Assembly (NCBI GenBank): GCA_977030845.1
Contig: OZ365112.1
Coordinates: 24,800,001-24,864,000, forward strand
Reading direction: 5' to 3'
Length of the DNA: 64,000 bases
DNA from: Fimbriosthenelais zetlandica
Taxonomy: Eukaryota
How positions within the stretch are numbered: the first letter of the stretch is position 1; each line of letters opens with the position of its first letter. Shown here piece by piece: positions 34,801 to 50,100 of the stretch. The notes beneath the pieces are model-generated. The model was not told the origin of the DNA and ran no database searches. It worked only from the letters and a program-made list of their open reading frames with translations. Made by a program: the position numbers and the translations under genes.

Positions 34801-37800
34801 GTCTCCAAATGTAATGATCAATGGGGAATACCTCTATTTTCGTCCATTGTTTGAATGCACGCAAACGTGAGAAAGAGGATGATAGGGCCTACAGGTGCTG
34901 AGGGAAGGGAAAGGCATAGGAAAAGGAGGACAAGAGAAAGAATTGGATAGTCTAATGTTCGAGAAGTGCTTATTTAAGAGAAATTATTCCACAATATTCA
35001 TTTGGCTCTCCGAAACGAAATTTCGGTCTGCTCGTTAATGCCTCACATTGTTTAAAGTTTTATTACATAGGATCTAAATTTAAAAATAATAAATTTTAAA
35101 AAGAAACTTTAATATTTTGAAGTGATAAGTAGTGAGAGTCGCCTTATGCTAAAACACGTTCACAGTGCTCCCCAACCTACAAATTTCGAAAAGAAAATCC
35201 AAATGGCTTCATTGCAGGGTGGGGTGTCCAGAAGGAACAGTTGGTCTTCATCCCGTTTATGGTGAAGACCACATGCAGCAGCAGAATGGTGGTGTGTATG
35301 TCACAGGGAGCCACTAATAACTAATAACGCCGACATCTCTGGCTAAAACCAAGGTGGCGGCCATGAGCCTGCTGCTAGACCTCCCATTGTCTGAAGCCAC
35401 TATGGCTGACATAAAGATGCAGTCGCCATGGTCACTGTTGCTAATGGCAACTCATTAGGTGGGATTAGTTAGGCTTCAATTTCTAAGCTTCTAACGACCT
35501 GTTGCACCTGTTTCCATCTCTCTGACCATCACCAGTCAGGCATCAGCCTGTATTTTGACTTCACAAACCTGTACCATCGAGGACCCAATTGCCTTACAAA
35601 CTTGAAGTCAAAGCTCCTTCCAATGAAATATAAATATAGAGATGCACTACTGCAAGTACCGTAACACCTTTTATCATGCAAAATAATGATGTAAAATCTG
35701 GTCAATAAAATATATTTATGACACCTTTTGGTGCTTGGGTGCGTGTGGTCACTTCTTCGCGTGGCCGGATGAACCCAAATGCGACACATGATATAGATGT
35801 CAGTAATCAATCAATACTGGTCTGGGTTCCCAGCATGTGAGTCTCATATGATTTATTCCCGCATTTCACCAAGACCCGCTGGCTATGTATATGCACATAC
35901 ATAACTAGCAGAAGCAAAGTGGTCAACAGTAGTGACAGGCCACCAACTCATCGCCTTTAAATCCATCCCTCATTGGCACCATCATCTGTCAATGCCAATT
36001 ATGGAAATGATCATGCAAGGTGTATTATAAATATTGTAATAATATTGAACTTTTCAACTAAGAATTATAGGTTTCTCAACATAATAGCCAGTTGGTCTCA
36101 GATAAGGTTAAGATACTTCCCGAAGCTATCTATCATGGTCCCCTCATAGCAGCATGTTTAAAATCATGAAACCTTTAATAAAATGCAACATTGTTTAGTA
36201 TTAAAATAACAATAACAATAACCACTGTGTCGCTTTCAAGAAAGATATATGGAAACATGATGACGAAACTCGTAGAAACGATTATTTTCTTTGTCGGGGA
36301 GAAAATGCTCGAGGCACTGAACGCTACCGCCCCCTGGTAACAAGTTATGGAAGTTGAGGAAACGAAAACACACTGAGTCAGCCACTGAATGAGGCCGTAG
36401 GTCATTATCTAAGGATAAATGCCATTCAGCATTGCTTTCTTATGGATGCCACCCGTTCCCCGGCCCCCTGATTTATAGCTTTGCACGCTGGGGGAAGTGG
36501 GGGATTTTTTGTTGTAGGAGTGAGCGACGAGAACGTGTCCTAAGGAATGTTCTGACCACTGCCCAGTGGTCATTTTACCATACAAAAGCTCTGCGGATGG
36601 CCGAAGGGCATTGGTGTATCTGTACTTGGTAACACTGGACATAACACAGGAAGCATTGACGGGCAAACAATGGTATCTGCACCCAGGAATAGGGACACGA
36701 TGGAAACAAGAGCAATATGTAGAGAATCATCCAATAAATCAAACATTGCATTCAAAGCTTTGATAACTCCATGACCAGATTCTTAAAGGGCCAAAACTTG
36801 ACTTAAGGAAGAATACCCTAATATTTAGACCATTCCAGGCCCCCAAAAGCATTTCATGATTCCCGACACCATTTCAGAAGAGAATAAATTGTATCCTTTC
36901 CCAGATTTGCTATCTCAAAGGGGGCAACCTAAGAACAACGATTCGAAGGTAATATTCTAACTGCTGGATGAAGCCAAGCTGTTGTCTTTTAACGTGCATG
37001 CTTCCTCAGTTTCCCTTTGTGCTAGTCATATTCTGTGTACTTTTCGGCAGCACATGTCTTAATGGCAGCAGCTTGACTTAGCCATTAAACACGAGAAATA
37101 TTATCCTCGATCATGACAACTTTTAAAACTATTTATAACACTTGAAACTCCAAATCCAGCCCACAACTGCAATCAAAGCAACTGCTCTTTGTTCAGCAAC
37201 AAATTTGATAAAAATTCGGCCAACATCCTGAATGCAATGTGTTCGCTTAATATTCAAAATCTCCCTATGTTAAATTTAAGAACTCTATGGCTAAACTGCC
37301 TGGTTATGTCTCATCAATCAATGACCATCTGGTCAAGCGCTGACCAGTGCACGATAAACCTGTATACCTTTATCATCTGACTCGTCGTCCGAACCATCTC
37401 AACTTGTGCGTTTGTACATAATGGCACATGTCGCGACAGCTTGTAATGGTATGTGTATACATTCACAAACATGTTTATAAACATTTCCATGTTGCTTATC
37501 TAGTACATAGACTGATCCTTACAATTTGGTAATACAGATAACAAGAATATTCTACTGAAAAATCAAGGATACCGTCATTGAAACTGACATGAAACAGAAC
37601 AAAGCATAGCGGTTGCTTTGCTTATAAATTTAAACCTTAAGGATCTATTGCATTATCAGTATTTGTACTGAAGTGTGCCCCCTTGGCTGGTGACAATACA
37701 TTGGATAATGAAAGATACCATCTTATCTAAACACTATCTGAATAAAGAACCACCCTGGGTGTCTTTGGAAGCGAGGTCTTTACTCGAACCTCCCCAATCG

Positions 37801-37914
37801 GCGCTCTTTTATACCAAGCCACCCGTGCACACAGTGGCAGCTTTTTAAAGCAAGCTAAATCGCATTGTAAAGCCGTATTTATGGAGGATAATGTCTTCAT
37901 GAAAAGCATACCAG

Positions 37915-38130
37915 GGGTGCCATGTTAAAAGACCCGGTGTATGGTTGCAGGGGTCAGGCCGTGACAATTGAAGGTCAAGCGGCAGGGGGAGCCGACGATT
38001 GGTGGCGCGCTCCAACGCGTAGTCAATGGCGCGGCAATATAGTGTCGCGCGGCGCACGTGGCGGCGCGCGGCGATTAGCGAAAACAAAACCCTACCGACT
38101 GGAGGCCGGGTATTGTTCAGGCCCCGAGAT
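37915..38130. repeat. CpG-dense block, probable transposon-derived fragment
   Basis: Dense GGCGCG/CGCG words against an AT-rich background; CAGGCCGT(GA)CAATTG recurs at ~37955 and ~38581. No coding potential seen. Confidence 0.3.
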
Positions 38131-41100
38131 GAGATTTCAGTTCAATACAGACACAATTCCAGGCAAAAATTACACATAACCAATGAGATTGGACATTGTC
38201 GTGCACCGAAATTGTACACGAAAGATATTGAAGTGGAGAACAGCAATTTAGAATATTTCATGGAATCGATATACACCATATGGTTTGTTTTGGGAGATGT
38301 TTTCAGGAGAATTGTGTAGTAACTCACAGATTTCATTGATGAAATTGATAAAACGAAATTTGGTGACTTGTTTGGTAATAAGAAACGAGAAAAAACATTA
38401 TGAAATAGATTGTTATGTGGAGAAAGGCTGGAAGCATTTGCAGAACAAATTATTCTCTAAGAGGAATGCAATTTGAAAGAGGAAGTCGCGAACAATTCTG
38501 GGATATGTAGACGGGTGTGGGTGGGAGGTTAAGGAGGGGGGGGGGGTGTATGAGGCGGAGCAGGGGCCTATACCCCATACCAGGCCGTCAATTGTAAAAC
38601 CTATTGTCCACTTAGAGACCGTTGATCGGTCTAAAATGAACTTAAATGAGAGACGGAGAACCTTTTGTATTTAAAGCAGGACGAGGAGGTGGGGAGCGGT
38701 AAACCGCCATCAAGAGTCGGTAATAAATGGGAAATTAAGTATGGAAGACCGGGAGATAAAATTAGACCTTGAAACCATGGCAACGCCAAATATAAAACAG
38801 AGATTAGGAGAGGACATCTGAGGTCTAATACAGAATATCCCGTGAATTTTATCTGACTGTTAAATTTCTTAAAGGTTGCAAAAGAAAGGTAAATTCAATT
38901 GTCAAAGGTTACACAAGCAATATTGATTTAGCATCTGGGTTATGGATATATAGGTGATTCCTATCTCAAACAGACCCTTTATCTAGTAGGTTTCCATCTA
39001 AAGCTGATATTAAGATCAATATATGCCACCTCTGCCCCGAATATTGCACAGGCTAAACTGTCCTGTCACACCGTGCCTTGCGGTTGACCCAGAACCTTTG
39101 GATCTTTTGTTCTACACGCCACAAACAGCTGAGGAATCAAAAGATCCAATTTTCTCTCCTAATCCCCGTCCCAGATACCTCCCTGTCCTGCCTACAGCCT
39201 CTAGCGCCCTCTAGGATTCAGCGCTCGCATTGAAACAGCATCTGATTGGCGAGGCAAAAATCCACAGCAGATGCCTCGCGAGGCGCCATTGGCCAGCGAC
39301 ACAAAGCCTCAAGAGACAAAGAAGCGTTTGGCTGTCACTGCTTTGCGAGGAAAGAGTAATATTCTGCATTTTTATCCAATCAGATTAACGAATCCCTTTC
39401 AATTCTGAGTCATAAGGTGTTTGGCACCACCCACTGCATGAAGACTGACCTCCCCTCAGCAGATGCTGGCAGGAGGAGAAAATTGCTCACAGCAGAGTGC
39501 TGTTTACAAAACATTGCCTCGCCGACAAGATGCTCTGCTTATCTTATCTGAGTACTCAGTACCATATGTAACCGGGTGTGTGGGGTCAATCTCAAGGTTC
39601 AAGGCGGGGTCAGCTTGCACCAGATGGACAGAGCATTGCCATGGCAACTTTGTCATATCAGGAGAAAGCATGACCTAGCCGGGTGTAAGCTCTATCGATT
39701 TACAAACGCTATCCATCAGAAGCGTCATCAGCGTCAATTATTCACAGCGCCTCGCAATTAAGGAATTATTCCAATCTTTCCAAGATCAGGCAACACGTTC
39801 ACGCAAAAGATGTGTATTGGCATATGGTGTTAGTTTTAGAGGCAGAGGCGTGAAGCCAATATAATATAACTGTACCTCCTTTGGCTTTGCATCTTCAAGG
39901 ATACGTCAGAACAATAAGCACATTATAAAATAATTCCCTTGACTTAATTTGTGGTCAAGGTAGAACCTAAGCAAATTAAATTTTATAGGAATTAAAATGG
40001 GAAATCTATTAGGGTTAAAAAGGAACGTCAAGGGCCACCGTGACTATATATTTCGTAAGGTTTACTAATATGTAGTATAGGAAAAGTAGTCCATGAAGCG
40101 GGCTACGTGAACCAGTTAGCCGAATTATGACCAACGATTTTTCAGTTTATTGTAAAAAATAAATCAATAATAATTGGTTTATTTAATGATTCATCATTAT
40201 TTACCAAGGACGGAATATTTCCAATACTATGTTTTAGAAATTCGATCCAAAACATATTCATAGTCATTAGAAAGAGCTTTGAAATCATTTTTCCATAGAT
40301 TTCAATTAAACTTCGCTGCAAAAAGAAACCAGATCGTTATCACCCAGAAAATAACCTTAATTGCTGGGTAATCAGCGGTGCTAATTAGCACGGGGGCGAA
40401 CACAACACTGGGTGAGTGGGAGGTTGAACAAGGATCGGATTTTCAACCATATTCCATTACTATTCCATTACTCTGGAATCTCAGTTACACAAAAATAATA
40501 GCAAAGGCTCAGAGCAAACAGAAAATCGTGTCTGCCCCTCCCACTGGCCGTCCACGCTGGAGCACAAATTGGCAAGTTCATATTTCATGGCCCGTGAAAT
40601 TATATATTGCTCAATGGTGACCACTTGTAGGTTGACTGTGAGGCCAGGCCTGGGCTCAGAGAGAATGGGTCCTATATCAAAGAAGGGACAATACCGTTGG
40701 TGCCTAATTATCATGGTGGGCATGGTTAATACGGGGAGAGAGGGCGTGCAGCATGACATGGAGGTGTTACTTATGACAGCGGTCAGCATGCAATGGTAGG
40801 GCTTTGTTGTGCTGCTGACCAGAACTGTTCCCTGTCCACCATGCACCCACCTCTCCCTTTCTTTCTCCTCCCTTCTGACCACTCATTTACTGTAACAGCT
40901 GGCACTGCGGCCATAAAAACATCACCACGCTAATCTTACTCATGAAAAAACATGACTGGTCAGCAAAGAATAGGTGGCAATATTGTCTTATTCATGAAGA
41001 GAATGAGAGACGGGCTTCTCATGTGCTTAACAATGACTGATGGGGAAGGCATGACATTGAAAATATGATGATTAAAAACTGGGGTTACGTTTATGTATTA

Positions 41101-44100
41101 TTTTCCAAATGATGGTTAGTCGCAAAGAAACTGGCGCGATTTTGTATAGTGCCGTTATCGCTTTTAGGGTATCATCGGCTATTGTTCCATTATGTCGACC
41201 CATGCCATGGCTGTTGCAACTATGTTAATCCTCAATCAAAATCAACAAAATAACATTCCCTTAACAATACATATTTCAACTCTAAATCTCAAAGGTAACT
41301 GAGGTAAATTGTTAGCAAAAATGCGTAAATATTGGGTGAATCTAATGAAATTAAACCCGTGCGTGCAGACTGCACCCTTAATTATAAGCGAAAAGTTAAA
41401 AGATGGCTTTCTAAGTAAGTCCCACTCAGGCTGGGGGCCTGAATATCAAGGGTCGTTAAAAGAAGGACAAAATAAGGCCTATTGGTGCTTGAAATCAACA
41501 CAGCTCTATTATTATGGCCATTGACGGTGCCAAACGGTCACTGCCTTACGTACTCCTACATCAATGGTCCTTGCGACCTTTCTACCCGACCTTAGGCCCT
41601 TAGGTCAGCACTGTCACGACCCCATGGTCCGGTGTCGTTCAGGGTTAACACACACAAGGTTGTTTGGAACAGAGGGTACTGTATCCTATAGCATGGTATA
41701 GCCCCTCGCTGCTTTCTTCCCCCGACCGCCCATTGAAGAATATCTCCAAAATAATGACCGCAAAGGGCCAGAGGCTATAGGCCCATCGGTTGAATGGATT
41801 GTTTAGCTAACAATAAAGTATTAAAAGATGGGCGATGTCAATACCTTGGGCGTGCATGTTTTGGTGTAGTTGAGCTATGGGCCATGTTAAAAGGGCAAGA
41901 ACATTGCCCTCATGCTTCCCTATTCATATGGTGTTGCCCCAAACACTGGCCACACCTATTAGGGTCGTTCATTATCCAAATATACCAAAAACGGTTCAAT
42001 ATAAAAAAGACTTGGTCGTGGCCCGGGGCTATATTGTCAGCCCCTACAGGTGCAAAAATATGCCCCCATGATTGGCATGGCAGGTAATATCTGATGGGGG
42101 TGATGAAGGGGGTAAGAGATGAAAGGTGGGCTATCAATAACGCTCACGACCCTCAGATGTTTATCTCACTTTATCTAAACCACCCTTATCGTTGCGTTTG
42201 GTAATATAATGTTGCCACTTCAAGTTAAGCTTACACTTTCTAAAATGCAACCTTTGTTGCCATTTTGTTCCAATGGCAAGAGAGGACTAAAGAACTGTAC
42301 TCTAAACGAATTCACTGATATATGACATAAAATGAGATGTAAGGACAGATTTTATTATCTTTTGATAAATTCCAATGGTCGTAAGAACCTGTTCTCCATG
42401 CACGTTTTTCTTGTTCATTTCGTCTGTTTTTACAACACTTTTACGACACTTGATGCTCTGTTTTCCTAACATTCCGAATGGTAGAGGAAATAGCCTTGGG
42501 TGATACACTTTTTTTTATTTCTTTAGATCACTGTATAAATGTATTTGTCCTGGTTTAAGTTCGCCCCATTACATCCTCACGTTCATGGGGGTGCATTTTA
42601 GAATTTAGACCTGCAGGGTCTGGCTTTTAATAGCTACTGGCGATCAGCCAGAGCAAGTCTGATTACTGAAGGGCCCTCCACCAACTCGTAACTGTCCCAT
42701 TGATTTGAATTATGGCCCGGGTCAATAGGTGCGCTTAACACGGTCAGCCCTCCACATTCCCCCATTACACAAATTTATCTAAAGAATTCTAATGGCCTCT
42801 ACCACCCAGGCTAGGGGGTGGAGAAGGGCGAGGGGGGAAGGGTTGGGGGGTAGGTTAGTTACCTCTACCTATAACGCTTCCACGCTCAGGTGTAACAAGT
42901 CAGGTATGAAAGGGAGCACCATGGAAGACTGGGATTTGACCTTTGCTGAACCCTGCTTACACCTACACCCAATGACTGATGGGGAGGAGGCGAGGAGGAG
43001 GAGGGGAAGAGGGAGGGGAAGTCAACCAGTGCACTAAAAACATACTCGTGTACATAGAGAATCAAGGGGTGAACTTGATGACCGAGTCAAAAGTTGTAAT
43101 CTTGCGGAGACATCCCCTCCCCCTCCTCTTTTATAGAGACCCATAATATGGAGTGATCGAATAGGTTGCTGGGGCGTGGGAGTGGACATAAACATCGAGA
43201 TGGTTTAACTGGAGAATTAACAGATTTCCCAATGTTTTCATTAACTTGGTGAAATTCCACATTATAAACCCACCAAAGTTAATACACATGAATGGAAATA
43301 ATATTGTAGAGAGTCCAAAGAAGGAATCCCTCCCAAAGGGAATCAAAAGAGACCCTTGATAATTGGGGGAATTGAGGAGATATTTGAAGGGGGAATAATT
43401 TACTCACACAGTGCTAACACCCTCTAACACATTACCTTAGATTTGTTAGTTACAATAAGTTTTGTGGGTGTTAAAATCCACACCTGGCCCCCGCACTTCT
43501 ATGCCCTTTGGGGGCCCTGCATCCCATCTGCTGAGTTTCCGCTGAGCCTCTGACCTTTGTATCTGTGGTCAGTGGTCAAGCCTTGTGGTCAAGCCTTGTA
43601 ATACCTGAGAAACGTGACATTTCACTATTAACAGGACTTCTGTCATACCCTTGTAAGTGCGATAATGACCTATAACCAGCCATCGAGCCACATGTCACAG
43701 AAAACTAGAATGAAACATGAGTCCACCGACTGGCTTGGCAAATAATTATGGGGTCCTCTTTTTTCCCTGAGTATGCCAGTCCTTCAAGGAACCCTATGTT
43801 CTTTAATATATTTCATTTTAAATCAAGATTGTGATTAAAATTGCATCTACCTTTCATGCCTAGTGGGGAACTTGCTGAGTCAAAGGGTTGCTTCACCGAC
43901 AGACCTGATGGAATAAACAAAAATAAGTCTCAGAAAAATAACATCTTCCTCAATATATAGCACAGTAAAACAATCATTTGTAAAGGCTATATATTATAAT
44001 ACAGGACTGTCCAACCATGAAAATCGGCCATGGATAGACTTAATGATTTGACTCTGAAAAAATGCATCTATTTTCTTTCGCATCAGAGCATTTGTACCTG

Positions 44101-47100
44101 AGTGCGTTGACAATGTATAGTGAGTGCACTGAGGATTGAGTAAGTGGCACTATGTTGACTTTTTATGCCACACTAGCATGGAGTTCTAGCTTTATCATGT
44201 CACTGAATACATGCCCCTTGTGACCCCCAGGGCTTGGGTTCTCCGAGTGCGAACACTTTTTCCATCGTGATTTAGAAAACATTAGGGACCATCAAATAAC
44301 AATTAAAATACATTCCATCCCTTAGATCCTTTATGTCTGCCATTGCATTAACATGTCTACCAGGGCTGTCTGAGCAAGATAGGGGTCAGGGAAAAGGCAC
44401 TATTTTGGGTGCGAAAAGGAGGGGTATATTTAGGTATTTAGTTCTCAATTAATGAGATATTTTCTAGGTTCATACCTCATGCCAGAGGTGGTAGGGTTCA
44501 TCATTAGAACCCGCTACTTTCACCACATCAAGGAGAACCACAACCACATCTCCCAGGGGTCAAGGTTAAACCACAAGGTCATGCCACCGAGAGGGAGCTC
44601 CCAAGCTGATCCAACAGGTGAACGCTGGGAAGGGGAATTCCCACTTCCGTTCTGTGGTTCTTGGTGGAATGGTATCGTCTAGCCTCGGCTAACCAACCTC
44701 CGGGCTGCGATACGCATGCATTGTGTCAATAAAACAACAACTGACATCTGTTTTCATGCGCCAAATTTCATTTTAGGTCTACCGTGTCATTTCTGGCAGG
44801 AATTAGCGCAGCAAATTCATTATTAACAGTTAAATACTAGAGCTGCTGTCCACAGCATACAGTCTTTTTATGACGGTAATGTAAAGTCTATAATAAGTAA
44901 AACATTTATAAAGAGCAGACTTAACTTTTCTCAAAAAGTAATATCAAAGACATTATATGATCCTTGAAGGATATAATTACATTTTGATAAGCATCACCCA
45001 ACTCTAATCTGTCCTAGATTTTGAAAATGGATCTCTGTATATTATGTTACAGATAGATTAGATGGGTTATTGCTGCTGCTGGGATGACTGTGGTTGGACC
45101 AACTGTCACTGATAGAAAGAGGAGAGTGAATCAGCAGCAGACCCCCAATAAAGTCCAGTCTGTGGTCAGTACATCTAAGGTTGGATAATAGATCCAGAAG
45201 CTGACAGACGGGCGCAAATACCTGTGGTTGGCCCGAGGCCTGGTAGGGTTTCTACCTTATCAAACGACAGCCTGGCAGGATAATGGAAACTTGGATATAA
45301 GCAGATGGGTCTTGGGGAGGCCAAACAACAGCAGAATAATAAAGATCTACCTTCTTATTGTAGAAAATGTGGTAAGAGAAACCACAGAATCTAAAATGTT
45401 CTTTGGTTTGTCTAAGGGGAGGCTGCAGGTGTTCTGATCTCATTTTTGTAAACAGTCTAACACGCGCTGTTATGAAAAGAGGATGTTCCCCTTTGTTGTC
45501 TATTTGAATAGGATGAGTAACCCATTTTTACTCATAAAGGATGTCCACAAACATTTTCCTGGCAAATGTTACGGTCCATACCGGTGTATGGAACTCCTGA
45601 TGGATGTAGATCCCCAGGTATCTAGTCAAATCTCAAGCCCATCAAGCCACACCCCGGCTGGGAACACATCAGCCCATCAATCCATCTGATAAATTCAATA
45701 TCGTGCATAAAGTATCCTTTCTGATACAATATTTGGGGGCGATAATGTAGCGATATCATTATGGGGGTCTCTGTAGGGGCCAGGTGTCATGGCCCAGCCG
45801 TCCCACCCCTCGCCTGACCCGTGCAGATACAGTGTATCTTTACCCCATAATTTCATCATTTTATCACTGATATTCTCCCTGCCCCAGCATCCCCTGGTCA
45901 GGACCTCTCGGCCCCCAGCCCTGCCCAGGTCGCCTGTTGGGTATCATTAGCCCATGGTCGACTACTGTGCATCACATTGTATGGTGACACAGGGGTCAAT
46001 CACCCAATATTACACGTGCTTATCCCCCGGCCACACCCACCCGGGGTCTCCAATGGTCAAGCTGGACAGGAGGTGGTTGGACTTGACCATCAGATGACCG
46101 ATAGGGTCAATGGTCAGCCTGGTTCACGTCGTGTCCACGCGGCCAAGGTCAAGTGACCAATATGGTGTCCTATCAACAGGAACCATCGATTGGTGGGTCA
46201 AGCTCTACTGATAGGTTATCAAACTTGTTACAATAAGCACTTTATCTAACTAGCTCCATAAATCCCATATGAAAAGGACATTTAGTTGGCCACTTGTATG
46301 TTAACCCAAATAACTATTTTTGCAGACTTTTTTCCTATTTAATCCAATGTCCAGTTATAAAGGTAATTGTATTAATAGGATTACTAACATAGCAACAACT
46401 TATAACAGCGCGACGGTCCAATTTTTCAATGGAAAATTTCTCCATACAAGTGAAAAGGACTACTTTTCCTCAACAATATATCAGTGACCTTTGGCATATA
46501 TCCTTGATCTCAACCCACAGCTTGCCGTTTAATTGCATGAAGCAGCCAGAGGGGCGATCCACCATTTCTCCCCTTCATTCTGCCTGGAGAGGGAGATGGA
46601 GGGAGGGGTCACTTTACTGTAGTTGGTCAGGCAATGGTCAGTGAGTGGTCAATCATGGCCAAAGCGTAATCATCCTCAGCCCTCCCGAGTACATGTTGTC
46701 CACTGCTCGCAGATGGCATGCCTGATAAGGTGGTGAGCTGTCATGACCAAGCAACCACCCTCCCTTACTGCCCCCCCCCCCCTCTACTGCCAACATTCCA
46801 CTCTCAAGTGTTTCTTCAAGGGGGAGAGAATGGTATTTATACTATTTACCCACCCAGGAGGTCAGGGACCTAGCTGTACCTTATATACTAATCCCCCGAA
46901 TCCTGACACTGACACTGACAGTTGACAGCTCTATATATGCGACTGAAACACGCACATGCACTGTCACTTGTGCAACAGTCCACCCTGGTCATCTGTTCTC
47001 AGCATATTTCACCATTCTTCCAACAGTCATTTTATGAGGTATTATTATCATAGCTAGGCTGTTCCTGTCATTTCATTTTGCCTGACATATAGCTGACTCC

Positions 47101-50100
47101 CCTGACCTCTGTCCACTGTGTTAGCTGCAGAACTCTTGGACCTAATGTGACATCTGCCAAGATCAATTTTTGTGAGTTCCAGCAGCTGAGTAATTCACAG
47201 GCAACAAACATGCAAGTTGAGACAAGAAAATAAAAGGTATAAAGAAGAACTGAGAAGTGGTGTTGGTCAGGGCTGGCCAGGGGGTCAGAACTCAGATCTC
47301 CATAAGTCAGGATAATTACAAAGAACATCCGATCCAATCACGATGGAATGTGAAAAATGGCCGTACATCATCTAGACTTGGCTTCTGTCCTTTACCTCTC
47401 ATAGATCTCTCCTGGCTGAAGACAGTTTGGATTTATAATTCATTAGGACATGATTGGCCAGGAGAGCTGCTTAGAAAACCATCAAGATTATATTAGTGAC
47501 TAGCCTGACTTCTGCCCATTTATGTTCCCTCAATGGCGAGGGTTTGTTGTGTGAATAATGTGTTAGTGGGTGTGGACGCAACACACCAGGGCTTTATACT
47601 TGGTAATTGAAATTCATTTTCATAAAAGCCTGGTGCCCCTTTTAGACAGTGACTTCCTGTCCACCCAAACTCGCTGTTTTACATAAATTCAGTTACTAAG
47701 GGGGACAATTTGCATTGAATGGGGAATGGTGGTTGGGGGAGTGGGGGTTGGGGGGCTTGTGGGTTTTCCTATAGAGAAATTGCTTGCATGAAAACCCAAA
47801 GTATTAGCCCACTTTGATATCATCAACCAGGTGCTGGAACCCGTATGTATGAGAGGCAAGGACACCGAAACTGACAAAGCTAATCTAATCAATCGACAAC
47901 ATGGCCTATTACCTCGATTCTAAACAGAGCTCTAATCGAGACCAAAGCCAGAAGACAACTGCTTTAGTGAGCTCAACATGCAATCATGGGCACTGCACTA
48001 CCTCACCCCTGAACTGTTCACAAAGATGTTCTAAAAATCCCAAATTCCTATTCATACGACTCACATTACTGCGAATTTTCACTTAATAAACTGACAGGAG
48101 AAAAGAAATAAACACAGGGACATATACAATGAGAGGTAGTCTAAATATTCAGCCCTTATCTTTGTGAAACAGGAGCTGGAACCTCCGGCGGGAGGGCAGT
48201 ATAAATATTTGGAATACTGAACTGATTTTGCATATAGAACCGTTAAGTTTTCACACCTGAGTTGAGAGCACCGAGGAAGAGGAGGTGACAGAAGAGGACA
48301 TAACCTCATCCATTCTTCACTGAGACATGGATCACTTCCCTTCAGGGATCAGCAAGGACGTTCACATAGTTTAATTCAGTTAAAATCAAATGAAACATAT
48401 TCCCACCATGTTGGACTGAATGGGGGAACGCAAATTGATGGGTTCGAAAATCCATTTCTGAACCATGTTTTGGATGTATAAAAACATGTGTCGCGCACAA
48501 TTTGTATTCCACAAAATGTTTGGCAACACTAAAGTATAGATTAATTAGTACTTTACTTCTGGATACTGATCACTGAAATTTGGCTTTTCATGGAAATGAG
48601 CAAAAGTCTATCAGATATCACAAACCATGAAACAAGCTGTTACCCTATCTGGAGATAATGAGACCTCGGGTCGTGCAGTAGTGTTTCTGCATTGCATACG
48701 GACAAGTTGATGGCCAGAGCTGGACATTAAAAGTCAGGGTTATGGCTCTTTCCTCCACGGCGTGTAGCCTACCACCAGCTTGTCCATCACCATCAGGTAT
48801 CACTATACACCCGAGAGGTCATCTGGTACCGAGGGGTCAGTCCGTACAAGCCCAATCTCTACCCTACCACTAGTCATTTTTCACCCCTGCGTCAGATGGT
48901 AGGCAGTGGGGTGTTTCTGACGGCTTGACCACCCACTAGATATACAGATCCCTGGTCAGTGGGGTAACAACAGAGGGAAGGAGAGGGGTCAGGGGTAAGG
49001 GATCAGGTAACATATAAGACACCCCCTGATCACATATTGGCTGGTATATAACAATGGCGGAGTTTCACATTCTTGTGGGCGTCAAGGAATGACCAATGTA
49101 TGCCTTCACTTTCTGCTAAGGGTGGGTTTCTAACCAAGACCACAAAGACACTGGTACTTGGGTATATATGATTAGTTCTTATGCACACACGCACTATGTA
49201 AGCCATGTATGATCGGACATATTGTTATTTGATCTTTGAGTGGTCCTTACACAAAGTGACCAGCTTTGAAATCGGAGAAGTATACACAGCAAGTCCAAAC
49301 TTAATTCAGGCTGAGAATTTCTGCTTGCATCAAGACAGTCCTTCATGCAATGTACCTTCCTTTCATACTTCTGAGAAAGGCACCGAAAGAGTTTACTTCT
49401 CCAATGGCTTCAGAAGACAAACAGGAGTGAGTTGGTTGTGTAAAGGTCAAATATTACTTGTACATTCGTTATGTAACGTGAAAGATGACCAGCATTGAAC
49501 AAATAACCTTGTGACCGTGAATAATGGCCACCAAATGACCGGTTACACATACAACATGCCTCTTCATCAAATAGATCATAAATCATGGTCCGATAACCCT
49601 CTAGCCACCAGAATAGTCCAACGGCCTCCGGCTAAATGCATTGTGAAATAATTCTGTAAACGAGCAGGCCCAATGACAGGTAGAGCCTCTCTGCTCTAGG
49701 GTAGCATTAGCCTAGAGATGACATTAGTTAATTTACATACAAAACACATGGGGACGGAAGGTGTGACAGGAAGTAGTTCCTCTTGCATTGTTTTCATCAC
49801 ACCTTACCCAACGTCCAAACACTCCCATCCGCCACCTCTTTTGATCGTTTAAACACATTAGTCAGTGTTTTCAGTGGTGTTTTTTTTCAAGTGAGACTCC
49901 TTTCAAGAGATTTGTCATGCTGTTCTTGAACAAAACATTTGTGGATTGAAATGGATAGAAAACTTAAAGGTTGCAGCTTATACATTTACACAATTATTCT
50001 TACAATGTATAGATACAATTCTAAGTTTATAGGAGGTTTCATTATAGTAAGGAGAATTAAAGTCAATAGAATCTGTGTCGCATATGTTCTGTCCAAAACT

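Noticed and set aside
40378-40882. Overlapping 76-133-aa ORFs
   Set aside because: No domain-like content or splice signals; more likely enhancer-type sequence.
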